Shown piece by piece: positions 62,630-64,000 of a DNA stretch of 64,000 bases (within the stretch, counting starts at the first letter, position 1; each line of letters starts with the position of its first letter). Below the pieces are notes generated by a model. The model was given only the letters and a program-made list of their open reading frames with translations, was not told where the DNA came from and made no database searches. The DNA is from an uncultured delta proteobacterium (lineage in GTDB: Bacteria > Desulfobacterota > RBG-13-43-22), in contig CAWBOS010000012.1 in NCBI GenBank assembly GCA_963790475.1, positions 1,088,001 through 1,152,000 of the forward strand, read 5' to 3'. The translations under genes were made by a program, and so were the position numbers.

Positions 62630-62879
62630 GGATTTCTTCCATGATTCATCTCCTTTTTTTGTTATAACATCTCAGTTATTATTATTTGCTCCTGATTTTT
62701 ACCAGCCTTTTACTTAACCTTATAAATTAATTAATTATATTCGGATAGTTGATAACTGGGTTTTTCATTCATCAACAAATCAATGGGTCCGGCCCCGACC
62801 CGGGGGAGGGATGAATCCCAGTGACTCCACCTTTCTTGAAGCTCTATTAACGAAATTCAGGGAATCGTCTTCAATTAGC

Positions 62880-64000
62880 CTATTTCTTTAACAGGGTGAT
62901 GCTTTCCAGATGGAAGGTTTGGGGAAAAAAATCTACCGGTTGGGACCATTGAATTTTCCATCCCTGTTGGGTCAACCGGTTCAGGTCCCGAAAAAGGGTC
63001 ATGGGATTGCAGGAAATATAAATAATCCCTTTTAAGTCCCGGGCACCAAACATCGGGATTACTTCCTGGGCCCCGGTACGAGGGGGATCCAGAATGACCC
63101 AGGAAATTGTTTTGGCGAGCAGTTTTAATTGATGGAACGCATCTTCGGCCCTGGCTTCGATAAAGGTACAGTTGGAAATCCGGTTGATTTCCCGGTTCCA
63201 GCAGGCGTTGGCCACCGCCCGGGGAAAGGCCTCCAGACCGATGACTTCTTTAACCCTGAGGGCCAAGGGCAGGGAGAAATTTCCTAAGCCGCAATAAAGG
63301 TCCAGGACAGTGTCCTGCTGGGTAAATAAGTTTAACTCTAAGAGACGCGTTATCAACCGCCGGTTCAATTCCAGATTGACCTGAGTGAAAACCCCGGGGA
63401 AACAGGTTAATTGGAGGTCTTTGGAAAGACCGGTTTCAGAACCGGGAAGCGAAAATTCCGGGCTGTCCTTTTCCGGGGAGAAAGGGGGATTTCCTTTTAA
63501 AGTGAATTGATTGGATTCCTGGAAAAGGAGGTAGTTCAAACCTGGGATAGCTAAAAGTTCTTTGAGGATCTTTTCCCTTTGAGAGGGATCAATCCGCTGG
63601 GGAGCGTTAAAAATAATTCCGCCTTTTCGCGGCAGGTCAAAGACCAAGACCTCGATTTCCGGAGTCCATTCTTTATAGCGCAAATTCTGTATTTTTTCTC
63701 CAAGGGCTCCCAAGACTTCATTGGTCGCCTCATTGGCCAATAAACAGCGATTGATGGGGACCACTTGGTGACTTTTGGGTTTGAAAAATCCCAGGTTTAA
63801 GCGGTTGTTTTGCCAGGCTGTTTTAAGCTGAAGGCGATGACGGTAGCCGAATTCCGCGGGCGATTTCAGGGTTGGATGTACCAGAATTTCTTCCGATTTC
63901 AAAGTATGGTAAAGGGCTTGCCTGAATAATTTTTCTTTTTCCCGGATCTGCCCGTGAGGTGCCAGGTGCTGAAGTTGACATCCCCCGCATTCCCGGTAAA
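62880..64000 (-). CDS. rlmD: 23S rRNA m5U methyltransferase RlmD/TrmA family (5' end outside window)
   Basis: Frame open to the window edge with CGGCQLQH; FTQVN, DLYCGLG, DPPR, YISCNP, FPQT.HLE motifs. Confidence 0.88.
   Translation of the reverse strand, partial: YRECGGCQLQHLAPHGQIREKEKLFRQALYHTLKSEEILVHPTLKSPAEFGYRHRLQLKTAWQNNRLNLGFFKPKSHQVVPINRCLLANEATNEVLGALGEKIQNLRYKEWTPEIEVLVFDLPRKGGIIFNAPQRIDPSQREKILKELLAIPGLNYLLFQESNQFTLKGNPPFSPEKDSPEFSLPGSETGLSKDLQLTCFPGVFTQVNLELNRRLITRLLELNLFTQQDTVLDLYCGLGNFSLPLALRVKEVIGLEAFPRAVANACWNREINRISNCTFIEARAEDAFHQLKLLAKTISWVILDPPRTGAQEVIPMFGARDLKGIIYISCNPMTLFRDLNRLTQQGWKIQWSQPVDFFPQTFHLESITLLKK

Overview
Bacterial chromosomal window. The gene content (anaerobic acyl-CoA metabolism, bzaF, 2-hydroxyacyl-CoA dehydratase, CarD, rho-rpmE-prfA-prmC-murA) suggests a deltaproteobacterium (Desulfobacterota-like); this is an inference. 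About 50-64 kb is ordinary housekeeping. The left 40 kb is a patchwork of accessory and decaying DNA: an ISAs1 remnant, an IS200, MITE/REP-like repeats, and a cobalamin-riboswitch-controlled bzaF gene bracketed by a ~44-bp imperfect direct repeat. Next to it lie an orphan type I-E CRISPR mini-array with leader and cas2 3' stub, and a complete IS1634-type element. Further on are a beta-oxidation-like operon carrying two unannotated desulforedoxin-like microproteins, a LeuCD-like hydratase + ICL-family lyase operon, and a decayed integron cassette array (attC-like sites, no integrase) whose toxin carries an in-frame amber stop. Five +1 homopolymer frameshifts between 26.7 and 34.4 kb look like assembly errors. 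All calls come from reading motifs by eye; no database searches were run.
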